Shown: piece by piece, positions 28,228 to 37,266 of the stretch
Numbering within the stretch: position 1 is the stretch's first letter
Layout of the letters: every line of letters begins with the position of its first letter
Assembly (NCBI GenBank): GCA_013388735.1
Contig: JACAES010000062.1
Coordinates: forward strand, 5,525-69,524
DNA: 64,000 bases
Source: Chloroflexota bacterium
Lineage (GTDB): Bacteria > Chloroflexota > Anaerolineae > Aggregatilineales > Phototrophicaceae
Direction of reading: 5' to 3'
The notes under the pieces: model-generated
What the model was told of the DNA's origin: nothing
Database searches by the model: none
Seen by the model: only the letters and a program-made list of their open reading frames with translations
Made by a program: the position numbers and the translations under genes

Positions 28228-28605
28228 CTAGCCTCCCGTCCCGCTGATCTGCCGGTAAGGCTGCATGATGGGCGTCAGCCGCCCCAGGCTTTCGGACAGA
28301 GCCACCAGCACGCTGATGTCATCGGCGTTCTGCGAATTGCTGATGTACCGCTCGGTGACTTCCTGCACGAAGGCCGGGATATTGGCTACCCCCAGCAGGC
28401 GCAGGCGTTCGACCGCCCCACCCAGGTCGCCGTCCTTAACATAACCGGAAGCGACCATCACGATAAAGTCGTCTTTGTAACGCTGCGACAGGCTGCTGGC
28501 GGGGCTGTCCACGAACTCCACCGGAAAGCGCACCCACCCCAGATACAGGCCGATGCCCAGGCCGACGACCAGACCAAGTATGAGAGAAACCAGGAAACGA
28601 AGCAT
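28228..28605 (-). CDS. hypothetical membrane-anchored protein, paralog of the N-terminal domain of the next gene
   Basis: GLGIGLYLGW..VEFVD..L..YKDDFIVMVA.GY..DGDL..A.ERL; its TAG directly abuts the next ATG. Confidence 0.75.
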   Translation of the reverse strand: MLRFLVSLILGLVVGLGIGLYLGWVRFPVEFVDSPASSLSQRYKDDFIVMVASGYVKDGDLGGAVERLRLLGVANIPAFVQEVTERYISNSQNADDISVLVALSESLGRLTPIMQPYRQISGTGG

Positions 28606-28869
28606 AACATCCTTCGGGTGCGTTGTAGTCCAGACTCACTATTATACCGCGCCCTGAATCGGCGCGAGTCCTGGCTGGGGAGCCGGGACTCGCAACGAGG
28701 AAAAAGCGCGTCGTCATTCCGGTATGACGGTTACTCCAAAGACCGCTGCCAGGGGCAAAAAGTTTGGATTTTGCCGCCACTCTCATGCAATACTCATCCA
28801 GACTGCCGGGAGCGGCGGTTTGGTGTTATGCTTGGCCGGTTGAAATACAACCAATCAGGAGCAGACACG

Positions 28870-30024
28870 ATGGCTTTTGAATTCGCCACTGCCGGACAGA
28901 TCGTGTTCGGCGCGGGCGCCATGCGCGAAGCCGGCCCGCTGGCCGCCCGGATGGGCAAACATGTGCTGGTCGTCACCACCGACACGCCGGAGCGCGCCGC
29001 CGGGCTGTTCGGGATTCTCCAGGCTGCCGGCCTGACCTACGACGTATTCCCGATTCTGGAAGAACCGACCGTCGAACGCATTCAGGAAGGCGTGGCGCTG
29101 GCGCGCGCGGCGGGCTGCGACGTGGTAATCGGCATCGGCGGCGGCAGCGTGATGGACGCCGGCAAAGCCATCGCCGCGCTCGTAACCAATCCCGGCAGCC
29201 CGCTGGACTACCTGGAAGTGATCGGCGCGGGCAAGCCCCTGAGCAACCCACCGCTGCCGTGTATCGCCATCCCGACCACCGCCGGAACGGGCGCGGAAGT
29301 CACCCGCAACGCCGTGCTGGCCTCGACCGAACACCGCGTCAAGGTCAGTCTGCGCAGCCCGCTGATGCTGCCGCGCGCGGCGCTGATAGACCCTGAACTG
29401 ACCCACACCGTGCCGCCCGGTGTCACCGCCAGCACCGGCATGGACGCGCTGACCCAATGCCTGGAACCGTTCGTCTCTCATGCCGCCAGCCCGCTGACCG
29501 ACCCCCTGTGCGCCGACGGTATGAAACGCGCCGCCCGTTCGCTGCGCCGCGCCTATGAAAACGGCAGCGACGCCGACGCCCGCGCCGATATGGCGCTGGT
29601 CAGCCTGTTCGGCGGGCTGGCGCTGGCGAACGCCAGACTGGGCGCAGTGCATGGTTTCGCCGGGCCGCTGGGCGGCATGTATCCCATTCCGCATGGCGTC
29701 GCCTGCGCCGCGCTGCTGCCGCATGTCATGGAGGCCAACATTCGCGCGCTGAAGACGCGCCAGCCAGACAGCCCCTCGCTGCGCCGCTACGATGAGGTGG
29801 CGCGTATCCTGACCGGGCGCGCGGACGCCGCCGCCGAAGATGGCGCGGCCTGGGCGCGTGACCTGGGCGCGGCGCTGGCGATCCCGCCGCTGTCTGCCTT
29901 TGGCATCCAGGCAGACCATTTTCCCGAAATCGTGGATAAATCGGCGCGCGCCAGCAGCATGAAGGGCAACCCGATCACGCTGACGCCGGACGAACTGACC
30001 GCCATCCTGACGGCGGCGCTGTAG
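28870..30024 (+). CDS. iron-containing alcohol dehydrogenase
   Basis: GIGGGSVMDAGKA, IPTTAGTGAEVT, GMDALTQ and GAVHG..HG motifs; CAGGAG RBS. Confidence 0.92.
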   Translation: MAFEFATAGQIVFGAGAMREAGPLAARMGKHVLVVTTDTPERAAGLFGILQAAGLTYDVFPILEEPTVERIQEGVALARAAGCDVVIGIGGGSVMDAGKAIAALVTNPGSPLDYLEVIGAGKPLSNPPLPCIAIPTTAGTGAEVTRNAVLASTEHRVKVSLRSPLMLPRAALIDPELTHTVPPGVTASTGMDALTQCLEPFVSHAASPLTDPLCADGMKRAARSLRRAYENGSDADARADMALVSLFGGLALANARLGAVHGFAGPLGGMYPIPHGVACAALLPHVMEANIRALKTRQPDSPSLRRYDEVARILTGRADAAAEDGAAWARDLGAALAIPPLSAFGIQADHFPEIVDKSARASSMKGNPITLTPDELTAILTAAL

Positions 30025-30046
30025 CCGGCAACGCGCGAGGCCACCC

Positions 30047-30808
30047 TTACACCGGCGGCCAGGGGTAGTTCGGGCCGCTGCCCGGCTGCGGATAGCGCCG
30101 CGTCCGCAGCAGATGCCGCACGCGCCCCTGGAATGCGCGAATCTCTGCACCGGACAGCAGGTCTTTAAGCGCCCGCCGGTAGGCGTGTTCGGGGTCTTCC
30201 AGCTTGCTGCACAACCGGTCAAGGTCGGCCAGCAGGTTATCCGGCACCGGCTGGTCGGCAAAATCCCAGATCACCGTCCGCAGTTTATGCTGGCTGTGGA
30301 AGGTAATGCCGTGATCTATGCCCCACAGATGCCCCTGGTTATCCACCAGGCAGTGACCCCCTTTGCGGTCGGCATTGTTGACCAGGTAATCGAAGGCCGC
30401 CATCACGCGCAGTTGGGGAATCATGCTCGGTTCAAAGGAGAAATAATTCAGTTCCGGGTCGTGTTCGATGTAAAACTGCACCGACCCCAGCCCACGCGGC
30501 CCTTCCCGCAGCACCGTCGGCGGCACAAGCTGCCAGCCCAACTCCTGCGAAGTGAGGAAGGCCGCCACTTCCCGGTAACACAGCGTGCCTTCCGGGAAGT
30601 CCCACAGCGGGCGTTCGCCACGCTGCGGTTTATAAACCGACGGCAGCGTAACATCCTCAAAGGCAACCGAGATGAGGAACGTGTAGTTGGAGCTGTAGCG
30701 CATCAGGCCGTGTTCGGCCTGGACAACACCTTTTTCCAGCACCTCGACGACCCGTTCCAACGTGATCGGCCTGGAAGGTGGTTTTTGTGGCGTTTCGTGT
30801 TCGCTCAT
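30047..30808 (-). CDS. SCO1664 family protein (PI3/4-kinase-like fold)
   Basis: SNYTFL, VYKP.RGERPLWDFP.GTL..REVAA, NNADRKGGH and IDHG motifs. Confidence 0.88.
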   Translation of the reverse strand: MSEHETPQKPPSRPITLERVVEVLEKGVVQAEHGLMRYSSNYTFLISVAFEDVTLPSVYKPQRGERPLWDFPEGTLCYREVAAFLTSQELGWQLVPPTVLREGPRGLGSVQFYIEHDPELNYFSFEPSMIPQLRVMAAFDYLVNNADRKGGHCLVDNQGHLWGIDHGITFHSQHKLRTVIWDFADQPVPDNLLADLDRLCSKLEDPEHAYRRALKDLLSGAEIRAFQGRVRHLLRTRRYPQPGSGPNYPWPPV

Positions 30809-30828
30809 CGAAAAATCTCAGCCGGACG

Positions 30829-31332
30829 CTACGTCCAATAATAAATCAATCGTCCGTTCTGTTTGGGGTCGGGGCGGCCCGCGCTCACCACGTCCAGGGC
30901 GTGGCGGCTAAGCAGCCGCATCTGTTCCCGGCTGCACCACATTCGCACCACCCTCGGCTCAATCAGGCTGGGGTCGGCTTCCTCATCCACGACCACCGCT
31001 TCCTGGGCCACCAGCACGACCATATCGCGGTCTTCGTCATAACCCAGCCCCATCTGCGCCACCCGGAAGATCGGCTCGATGGGTTCGCGCAAATCCATAT
31101 CCACACCTGCGGGTTCGGATTCTGGTTCGGCAGACGGATAGCGTTTGTCCAGATCATCAAGCATTTCGCCAATCGCTTCACTCAGGGCCCAGGCCTGCTC
31201 TTTTTCGATGATAAGGGAAACCAGTTGTTTGCCCTGGCCGCCCTGCAAATGAAAAATGCGCTGGCCTTTGGGACCAATCGTGCCAACCGTAATAAAATCC
31301 ACAGGATTTAATTCAATTTGTTGACCAGGCAT
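30829..31332 (-). CDS. DUF3090 family protein
   Basis: FITVGTIGPKGQRIFHLQ, EKEQAWAL and LREPIEPIFRVAQMGLGYD; lies between the phosphomutase and SCO1664 genes. Confidence 0.85.
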   Translation of the reverse strand: MPGQQIELNPVDFITVGTIGPKGQRIFHLQGGQGKQLVSLIIEKEQAWALSEAIGEMLDDLDKRYPSAEPESEPAGVDMDLREPIEPIFRVAQMGLGYDEDRDMVVLVAQEAVVVDEEADPSLIEPRVVRMWCSREQMRLLSRHALDVVSAGRPDPKQNGRLIYYWT

Positions 31333-31358
31333 GGCTCGCCTTTATCGTAAATCGCCGC

Positions 31359-32006
31359 TCAAACAACTTCCGGTTTCGCCTGGCTGCGCTCGCGCTCCAT
31401 TTGCAGCACATGAGAAATATCGTTCATCGTCGCTACATATGGACGCCCATAACCCAGCGAAAGCGCGCTGATCGAAGCCGGGGAAACCACAATCCGCTGG
31501 AAGGCATCCAGGTGCATCCCCAGGTAGTGCGCCAGGATCATTTTAATCAGATCGGCATGGGAAACAATCACCACCATATCGTGCGGGTGTGCCGCCGCCA
31601 GTTCTTCAACCGCGTTGACGGCGCGTTCCTGGACGCCGCGCATCGTTTCGCCGTTGGGGAAGCTGGCGCGCGAAGGGTAGTGCTGCACGACATGCCACAT
31701 CTTGCGCTGGGTCAGCTTGCTGATCTCCTGGCCTTCCCAATCGCCATACCGCACCTCCCCGATGCCGGCATGATGCCGGATGGTCAGGTGGGGATGGTGT
31801 TTCTGAATCGCCTGCGCCGTTTCCATCGTGCGCTCCAGCGGGCTGGAATACAGGTGCTGGATGGGCGCGTCGGCCAGCCGCCGGCCCAGAACTTCTGCCT
31901 GCGCCATCCCCTCTTCGTTCAGATGGACGCCAGGAGTCCAGCCGGCCAGTTTGCCCGTCTTTACATAATCGTTTACCGCATGTCGAATGAGCAGGATGTG
32001 AGTCAT
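31359..32006 (-). CDS. histidine phosphatase (MSMEG_4193-like putative phosphomutase)
   Basis: LIRHA, SSPLERTMETA, EVRYGDWEG and VSHADLIK motifs. Confidence 0.88.
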   Translation of the reverse strand: MTHILLIRHAVNDYVKTGKLAGWTPGVHLNEEGMAQAEVLGRRLADAPIQHLYSSPLERTMETAQAIQKHHPHLTIRHHAGIGEVRYGDWEGQEISKLTQRKMWHVVQHYPSRASFPNGETMRGVQERAVNAVEELAAAHPHDMVVIVSHADLIKMILAHYLGMHLDAFQRIVVSPASISALSLGYGRPYVATMNDISHVLQMERERSQAKPEVV

Positions 32007-32188
32007 GGATGCCTTTTATCACCGTCTGCGCTTACATGCGATGATAGCATATCCGCCCGTTAATTGCATATCAGAGCTTGATGAGCCGACCACCCCGCGC
32101 CAAAACCGGCGGGTGAGTAGTACGGACAAACGGGAAATGCTACACTAAACTGGGTTTTTTCTGGTCTCGAAAGGATCGGCAGAATTTT

Positions 32189-33148
32189 ATGACGACGTTG
32201 ATTACGGGCGGGGCGGGATTCATCGGCAGCCAGCTTGCCGCGCGCCTGCTGCAACAGGGGCAGCCGGTCGTAATTCTGGACAACTTTGACGACTATTACG
32301 ACCCGGCCATCAAACGCGCCAACGTGGCAGCCTTAGGGTCAGCGCCGGTCGTGATCGAAGGTGACGTGCGTGACCGCGCCCTGGTTGAGCAGATTTTCGA
32401 CCGGCACGGCATCACCCGTATCGCCCACATGGCGGCGCTGGCTGGCGTGCGGAACTCGGTCGAACAGGGGCCGCTGTACGCCGAGGTGAACACGGTCGGC
32501 AGCACCAACCTGATGGACATCGCCCGGCAGCGCGGCCTGCAAATATTCATCCAGGCGTCCACCTCGTCGGTCTACGGGCAGGCTAAACACATACCGTTTT
32601 CGGAAGACGACGCGCCGGACTTCCCGCTCGCGCCCTACCCCGCCAGCAAACGCGCCGCCGAATTGTTCGGCTACACCTATCACCGGCTGTTCGGCCTCAA
32701 CGTCACCGTGCTGCGTTTTTTCAACGTCTACGGCCCGTCGGGCCGCCCGGACATGATGCCGATCAAAGTCATCCAGTCCATCCTCAACGATGCGGTCATC
32801 ACCGTTTACGATGAAGGCCGCCTGGAACGCGACTGGACGTACATTGACGACATCATAGACGGCGTGGCGGCGGCGCTGGAACGCCCGATGGGCTACCAGG
32901 TCATCAACCTGGGCTGCGGCTCGCCCATCCCGCTGACCGAATTTATCCACCTGTACGAGAAGCTGATCGGCAAAAAAGCCCTCACCCGCCCTGCCCCCGC
33001 CCCCGCCAGCGAGCCGCGCGTGACCTACTGCGACAATTCCCGCGCCCGCGCGCTGCTGGACTTCGAGCCGAAAATACGAATCGAAGAAGGGCTGGCACGC
33101 ACCTGGGAATGGTATCGCCGTTATCACGGCCTTCTCACCGGTTTTTAA
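32189..33148 (+). CDS. NAD-dependent nucleotide-sugar epimerase (UDP-glucuronate 4-epimerase-like)
   Basis: TGGAGFIG, HMAALAGVR, ASTSSVYG, YPASK, LRFFNVYGP.GRPDM and RDWTYIDD. Confidence 0.9.
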   Translation: MTTLITGGAGFIGSQLAARLLQQGQPVVILDNFDDYYDPAIKRANVAALGSAPVVIEGDVRDRALVEQIFDRHGITRIAHMAALAGVRNSVEQGPLYAEVNTVGSTNLMDIARQRGLQIFIQASTSSVYGQAKHIPFSEDDAPDFPLAPYPASKRAAELFGYTYHRLFGLNVTVLRFFNVYGPSGRPDMMPIKVIQSILNDAVITVYDEGRLERDWTYIDDIIDGVAAALERPMGYQVINLGCGSPIPLTEFIHLYEKLIGKKALTRPAPAPASEPRVTYCDNSRARALLDFEPKIRIEEGLARTWEWYRRYHGLLTGF

Positions 33149-33243
33149 TGTTTAATCCTGCAACGACTGTTTATTCCGCCGCTGTATCATGGCGATTTTG
33201 GCATATAATAGGACGCATATTCTGTCTGTTTTAGGGTTGAGGG

Positions 33244-33828
33244 ATGGATATTGGGATCATCGCGGACATTCATGGAGACTATGCCGCGTTAACAACCGCT
33301 TTAGACCGCCTGGACAATTTTCATCGGGTTGAGAACATTCTGTGCGCGGGGGATTTAATCGGGCGTGGGCCGGAGCAGGATCAGGTTGTCAGCCTGATTC
33401 GCCGCCGCGGGATCATCACCGTCAAGGGCAACCATGACGAATGGAGCCACAGCCTGTCGCGCGAGAATGCGCTCTTCCTGGATGACCTGCCGATCAACTG
33501 GCAGGGGCAGTTCGGGGGCTGCAAGGTGTTTATGTGTCATGGCAAACCGGGCAATAACCTCTGGGGGCTGTACCGCGATCACGTCTCCGACACGCTGCTG
33601 AACATGATGCTCGGCTCACTGGAGGCGGATATTCTGATCGTCGGCCATACCCATGTGCCGATGTATATCCGGGTCGCCAACGGCTGCGTCATCAATCCAG
33701 GGTCGCTGTATACGTTCAATAGTATGCGGGTTTCCTCCCATACTTACGGCGTGCTGCACCTGCCGGATATGACTTTCGACCTGTACGACCTAACCGCCGA
33801 ACCGATACAACCGGTGGAGACGCCATGA
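33244..33828 (+). CDS. metallophosphoesterase (YfcE/MJ0936-like)
   Basis: ADIHG, AGDLIG, KGNHD, CHG, GHTH and NPGS motifs. Confidence 0.9.
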   Translation: MDIGIIADIHGDYAALTTALDRLDNFHRVENILCAGDLIGRGPEQDQVVSLIRRRGIITVKGNHDEWSHSLSRENALFLDDLPINWQGQFGGCKVFMCHGKPGNNLWGLYRDHVSDTLLNMMLGSLEADILIVGHTHVPMYIRVANGCVINPGSLYTFNSMRVSSHTYGVLHLPDMTFDLYDLTAEPIQPVETP

Positions 33829-34619
33829 GCGAAAAACCGTCCGCGCCAACCGAACATTACACGCGCGAATACTTCGAGAAGTGGAATTACGCCGACCGCG
33901 GGCTGGGCAAATTCAGCATGTACTGGTTTGCCCGGCGGTATTATGCCGCGCTGGTGCGGCGTTACGCCCCGCCGGAACGCCCGCGTTTGCAGCCGTCCGC
34001 CGCCAAAGGTGGCCCCGCGCCGGAACGCGCCCTGCTGGAGATCGGCTGCGGACTGGGGCATCTGCTGGGACTGTTGCAGGACGACTTCCGCTGCACCGGC
34101 ATTGACCTGATTGATTACAGCATCGAACAGACCCGCCGGAACGCGCCCAAAGCCTGCGCCATCCAGATGAGCGCCGACGACCTGAGCGCCTTCGGTGACG
34201 GCACGTTCAGCGTGGTGGTGGCGCTGCACCTGGTCGAACACCTGCCCGACCCGCCGCAGACGATACGCGAAGTCAGCCGCATCCTCGAACCGGGCGGCCT
34301 GTGGCTGTTCGCCACCCCGCACCCGGACTACAGCCTGCGCCGCTTTAAAGACCGCGACAATGACGCCATCGGCAAGGACAAGACTCATATCAACGTCCAC
34401 CCCCCGGCCACCTGGCGCGCCTGGTGCGAAGCCGCCGGGCTGAAGATGCTGCGCCACTTCGGTGACGGCCTGTGGGATGTGCCATACCTGCCGCTCATCC
34501 CCAAAGCCGTGCAGTTCGGGCTGTTCGGCCTGCCGGCGCTGGTGCAGGTGGTCACGCGGACGACCTTCACCCCGCTCGCCCTGGGCGTGAACCAGATCGG
34601 CATTGCGCGGAAACTGTAG
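33825..34619 (+). CDS. class I SAM-dependent methyltransferase
   Basis: LEIGCGLG, GID, LHLVEHL and LEPGG motifs; ATGA overlap with the previous gene. Confidence 0.88.
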   Translation: MSEKPSAPTEHYTREYFEKWNYADRGLGKFSMYWFARRYYAALVRRYAPPERPRLQPSAAKGGPAPERALLEIGCGLGHLLGLLQDDFRCTGIDLIDYSIEQTRRNAPKACAIQMSADDLSAFGDGTFSVVVALHLVEHLPDPPQTIREVSRILEPGGLWLFATPHPDYSLRRFKDRDNDAIGKDKTHINVHPPATWRAWCEAAGLKMLRHFGDGLWDVPYLPLIPKAVQFGLFGLPALVQVVTRTTFTPLALGVNQIGIARKL

Positions 34620-34644
34620 CGAACCCCATCCCCCGGCAAACCAA

Positions 34645-35151
34645 TCAGAACTCGCCCGCCGCCCAGGCATGGACGAGGCGTTCGGTCGGCAGGAAGGCCA
34701 GCGGCGGCAGATCGTCCCGCCCAAACCAGGCGACCGCTTCGGCATCGTCGGCGGCCAGCGCCGCGCCGCCGGTCACACCGGCATCGTAAGCGATCACAAT
34801 ATCCGCCAGGCCGCCATCGTCCGGGGTGTGAAAAACGTCCAGCAGGCGGTTGATCTGCACCAGAAGCGCGGTTTCTTCTTCGACTTCACGGCTGGCGGCA
34901 GCGCGCGGGTCTTCGCCGGCGTCCACAAAACCGCCCGGCAGTGTCCAGAAGCCTTTTTTCGGCTCGTTGGCGCGTTTGACCAGCAGCACCCGGTCGGCCT
35001 GCATGACCAGCACCACTACCGCCACTTTCGGGTCAAAATACACGGTATGTCCGCAGGCCGGGCAGACCGGGCGTAACGCCCCATCACGCCGGCGCTGTTC
35101 CAGGCGCGCCCCGCACAGCGGGCAGAAGTTGGCCGCGCGCGGGACGCTCAT
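34645..35151 (-). CDS. NUDIX hydrolase with N-terminal zinc ribbon
   Basis: FCPLCG..CPACG; Nudix box GGFVDAGEDPRAAASREVEEET. Confidence 0.9.
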   Translation of the reverse strand: MSVPRAANFCPLCGARLEQRRRDGALRPVCPACGHTVYFDPKVAVVVLVMQADRVLLVKRANEPKKGFWTLPGGFVDAGEDPRAAASREVEEETALLVQINRLLDVFHTPDDGGLADIVIAYDAGVTGGAALAADDAEAVAWFGRDDLPPLAFLPTERLVHAWAAGEF

Positions 35152-36074
35152 GACCGCCTGCGTATCACGGTCGTCACCAGCGCCAGCGCCAGCAGCACGC
35201 CGCCGGCTGCCAACAGCACAACCGCTAGCGCATCGGACGCGGGCGGCGCGGCTTGTGGCGGCACGGGCGTGGGCATGGGCGAAGGTGTTAAAGTGGGCGT
35301 AGGCGGCGGCGTCCCGGTCAGCGTGGCCGACGCGCCCGGCGGCGGTGTGAACTGGGCGGCTGACGGTTGAGGCAGAAACGCCGGTGGCTGCGCGGGCGTC
35401 CCGGTCAGGCGGTCGTCCGACAGGTCTTCGGCCTGCGCGCCGACTACGCGCCCCACCGTTCCGGTCGGCAGCGCGGCGTTTTCCTGAGCAACCTCCGGCA
35501 GCGCCCCCGCCGGGGCCGGCGTCAGCATGGCATCTGCCGGGGCAGCCTGATCTTCCCCCTGAAGCGCGGAATCCTGGACAGCGCTGGCAGCGGCTTCGGC
35601 AAATTCGAGCGCCATCCCGGCAAGCGGCGTGGCGGCGATCAGCGTGGCCGTCATGTTCTGTCTGGCGGTTTCCTGCTCGGCGGGCATGGTCATCTGCAAG
35701 GCGACCGCCGGTTCGTCTGCCACCTGCAACGGGGCATTCATCGGGCCGCCGCGCGACAGCAGCACCACCAGCCCCAGGCCGACCAGCAGAGTCGCGGCAG
35801 CGGCGCTGATGGCGCTGAAAGCCGCCGTCGTGGGCAGGAACAGCAGCCGGGGCGGGCGCGCCATCTGCGCGGTCAGCGTAAAATCGCGCGGGGCTTTGAT
35901 CGGCGGCAGACCGCGTATCAGGGCGACCGTCGCCCGCAGTGCTTCCAGTTCGCGCCGCAGCGCCGGTTCGTCGCGCAGGCGCGCTTCCAGCGCCAGACGT
36001 TCTGCTTCGTCCAAATCGCCGTCCAGATAGGCGGAAAGCTGTTCATAGTCGTGATGGGTCAAGTCGCGCGCCAT
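35148..36074 (-). CDS. anti-sigma factor (ZAS-like N-domain lacking Cys), two predicted TM segments
   Basis: LSAYLDGDL..E...LE.RL..EP.LRREL; directly downstream of the ECF sigma gene. Confidence 0.78.
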   Translation of the reverse strand: MARDLTHHDYEQLSAYLDGDLDEAERLALEARLRDEPALRRELEALRATVALIRGLPPIKAPRDFTLTAQMARPPRLLFLPTTAAFSAISAAAATLLVGLGLVVLLSRGGPMNAPLQVADEPAVALQMTMPAEQETARQNMTATLIAATPLAGMALEFAEAAASAVQDSALQGEDQAAPADAMLTPAPAGALPEVAQENAALPTGTVGRVVGAQAEDLSDDRLTGTPAQPPAFLPQPSAAQFTPPPGASATLTGTPPPTPTLTPSPMPTPVPPQAAPPASDALAVVLLAAGGVLLALALVTTVIRRRS

Positions 36075-36092
36075 GATGATCCGAAAATTACG

Positions 36093-36707
36093 TTATTCGC
36101 GTTCACTGTTAAGACGATAAACCGCCGGCAAAAGTTCCTGAACGGCCTGCAAACAGGCGCGCACACCCGCCCGCGCCCGGCTGAGGCGGGATTTGACCGT
36201 CCCCAGGTTGACCCCGGCGCTGTCGGCGATCTCCTGGTAGCTCAGGCCCTCGATGTCGCTCAGCACCAGCACCAGCCGTTGGTCGGCCTGGAGCGCCTGG
36301 ATGCAGCGTTCAATCGCCCGGCGCAGTTCGGCCTGCTGCGCCGCCTGTTCCGGGCTGGGTGTATCGGCGGGCAGGGGCGGGCCGTCGTCGGCTTCCGCGC
36401 CGGGCATGTCACCGAACAGGGTGGCCGGTCGGCGCTTGCGGCGGCGCAGTTCATCGTAGCAGGCGTTGGTGGCGATACGAAACACCCAGGCGCGGAAACT
36501 GCCGCCCCGGTAGTCGCGCAGGTGGCGGTAAGCGGTGATGAAAGTCTCCTGTGCCACGTCGGCGGCAGCAGCCGGTTCGCCCAGGATGCGATAGGCCAGC
36601 GCATACACGCCATCCTGGTAGTGCAGCACCAGCGCGTTGAAGGCTTCCAGATCGCCGCGCCGCGCGGCCTGAATGAACGCCGGTTCGTTTTCGAGACGGC
36701 TCGCCAT
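36093..36707 (-). CDS. ECF RNA polymerase sigma factor
   Basis: GDLEAFNALV, ADVAQETF, FRAWVFRIATN, EGLSYQEIA and GTVKSRLSRAR. Confidence 0.92.
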   Translation of the reverse strand: MASRLENEPAFIQAARRGDLEAFNALVLHYQDGVYALAYRILGEPAAAADVAQETFITAYRHLRDYRGGSFRAWVFRIATNACYDELRRRKRRPATLFGDMPGAEADDGPPLPADTPSPEQAAQQAELRRAIERCIQALQADQRLVLVLSDIEGLSYQEIADSAGVNLGTVKSRLSRARAGVRACLQAVQELLPAVYRLNSERE

Positions 36708-36735
36708 TGACAATCCCGCCGAAAAATTCTACTAT
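36707..36735 (+). promoter_or_regulatory. sigma70-type promoter of tRNA-Leu
   Basis: TTGACA-N17-TACTAT, overlapping the start codon of the divergent sigma gene. Confidence 0.65.
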
Positions 36736-36788
36736 AAAGTAGGATAGTGCTTCTTAGCTGTATATAAACTAAGTAGCAAATCTATCAC

Positions 36789-36872
36789 GCCGATGTGGTG
36801 GAATGGCTTACACGATCGCCTCAAAAGCGATTGGGCTTCACGCCCATGTGGGTTCGACTCCCACCATCGGCA
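36789..36872 (+). tRNA. tRNA-Leu (anticodon CAA), CCA not encoded
   Basis: acceptor GCCGATG/CATCGGC plus A73, anticodon arm ATCGC-CTCAAAA-GCGAT, long variable arm TGGGC-TTCAC-GCCCA, T arm GTGGG-TTCGACT-CCCAC. Confidence 0.95.
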
Positions 36873-36880
36873 CGCCGGAA

Positions 36881-36909
36881 AGTCAGGTTAAGCCTGACTT
36901 TTCCTTTTC
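36881..36909 (+). terminator. intrinsic terminator after tRNA-Leu
   Basis: AGTCAGG-TTAAG-CCTGACT followed by TTTCCTTTT. Confidence 0.75.
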
Positions 36910-37017
36910 CTAACTCTATCGGGCAGTGTATCCCTTCCGCCCCGGAAAATCAACCGCGCCGCTTAAATCGCTTCAAAAGCATTCCGGTCAATCAACATAG
37001 CCGTGACGGTGATCAGA

Positions 37018-37054
37018 CCCCCTCTAAATCTCCCCCGAATTCGGGGGAGACTTT
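37018..37054. repeat. REP-like element with a 22-nt perfect palindrome
   Basis: CCCCCTCTAAA-TCTCCCCCGAATTCGGGGGAGA-CTTT; palindrome at 37029-37050. Confidence 0.75.
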
Positions 37055-37219
37055 GCTGCCGGCGTGATTAAGCCGCCCTGAATTCGGCGACCTGAATGGG
37101 GACGCCTGTCCCCTGAGGGGAGGGGTCAAAAGGCGAAAGTCCGCTTATTGCGACGAAGTATCTTGGTGCGATTGCCCAGCTTAACAGAACACCCCCCTTC
37201 ATCCGCCGCAAACCGGCGT

Positions 37220-37253
37220 TATAATAAAACGGTTGACCGAAAGCAAGCGAAAG
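37220..37253 (+). promoter_or_regulatory. -10 box plus DeoR-type tandem operator (CGAAAG-N4-CGAAAG)
   Basis: TATAAT at 37220-37225; repeats at 37238-37243 and 37248-37253, with the same geometry as the site at 41862-41895. Confidence 0.6.
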
Positions 37254-37266
37254 AGAACAAATCATC

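Noticed and set aside
27832-30024. 730-aa ORF and other long overlapping ORFs (e.g. 14072-15631, 46723-48315, 7986-9569, 3742-5106)
   Set aside because: These are antisense or alternative-frame shadows expected at high GC. The 730-aa ORF is the real ADH (start 28870) extended through a stop-free stretch.
28870-30024. Fe-ADH as the lactaldehyde reductase of the rhamnose pathway
   Set aside because: It lies several kb from the rha locus and I saw no GAAA tandem operator upstream.
36801-36813. Unusual D-loop GGCTTA in tRNA-Leu (U at 20a/21) as a sign of a pseudo-tRNA
   Set aside because: All stems pair, A15:U48 and A73 are present, and the gene has a promoter and terminator, so it is treated as a functional variant.
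37080-37215. Possible tmRNA or 6S RNA on the minus strand (GGGGGGTGTTCTG...)
   Set aside because: It lacks the TTCGA 5' motif, tag ORF and tRNA-like 3' end, and I could not build a long 6S-like rod. The overlapping 66-aa ORF has no recognisable features.
36789-37260. tRNA-Leu as an integration site of a genomic island
   Set aside because: No integrase, no duplicated tRNA 3' end and no obvious composition shift in the window.
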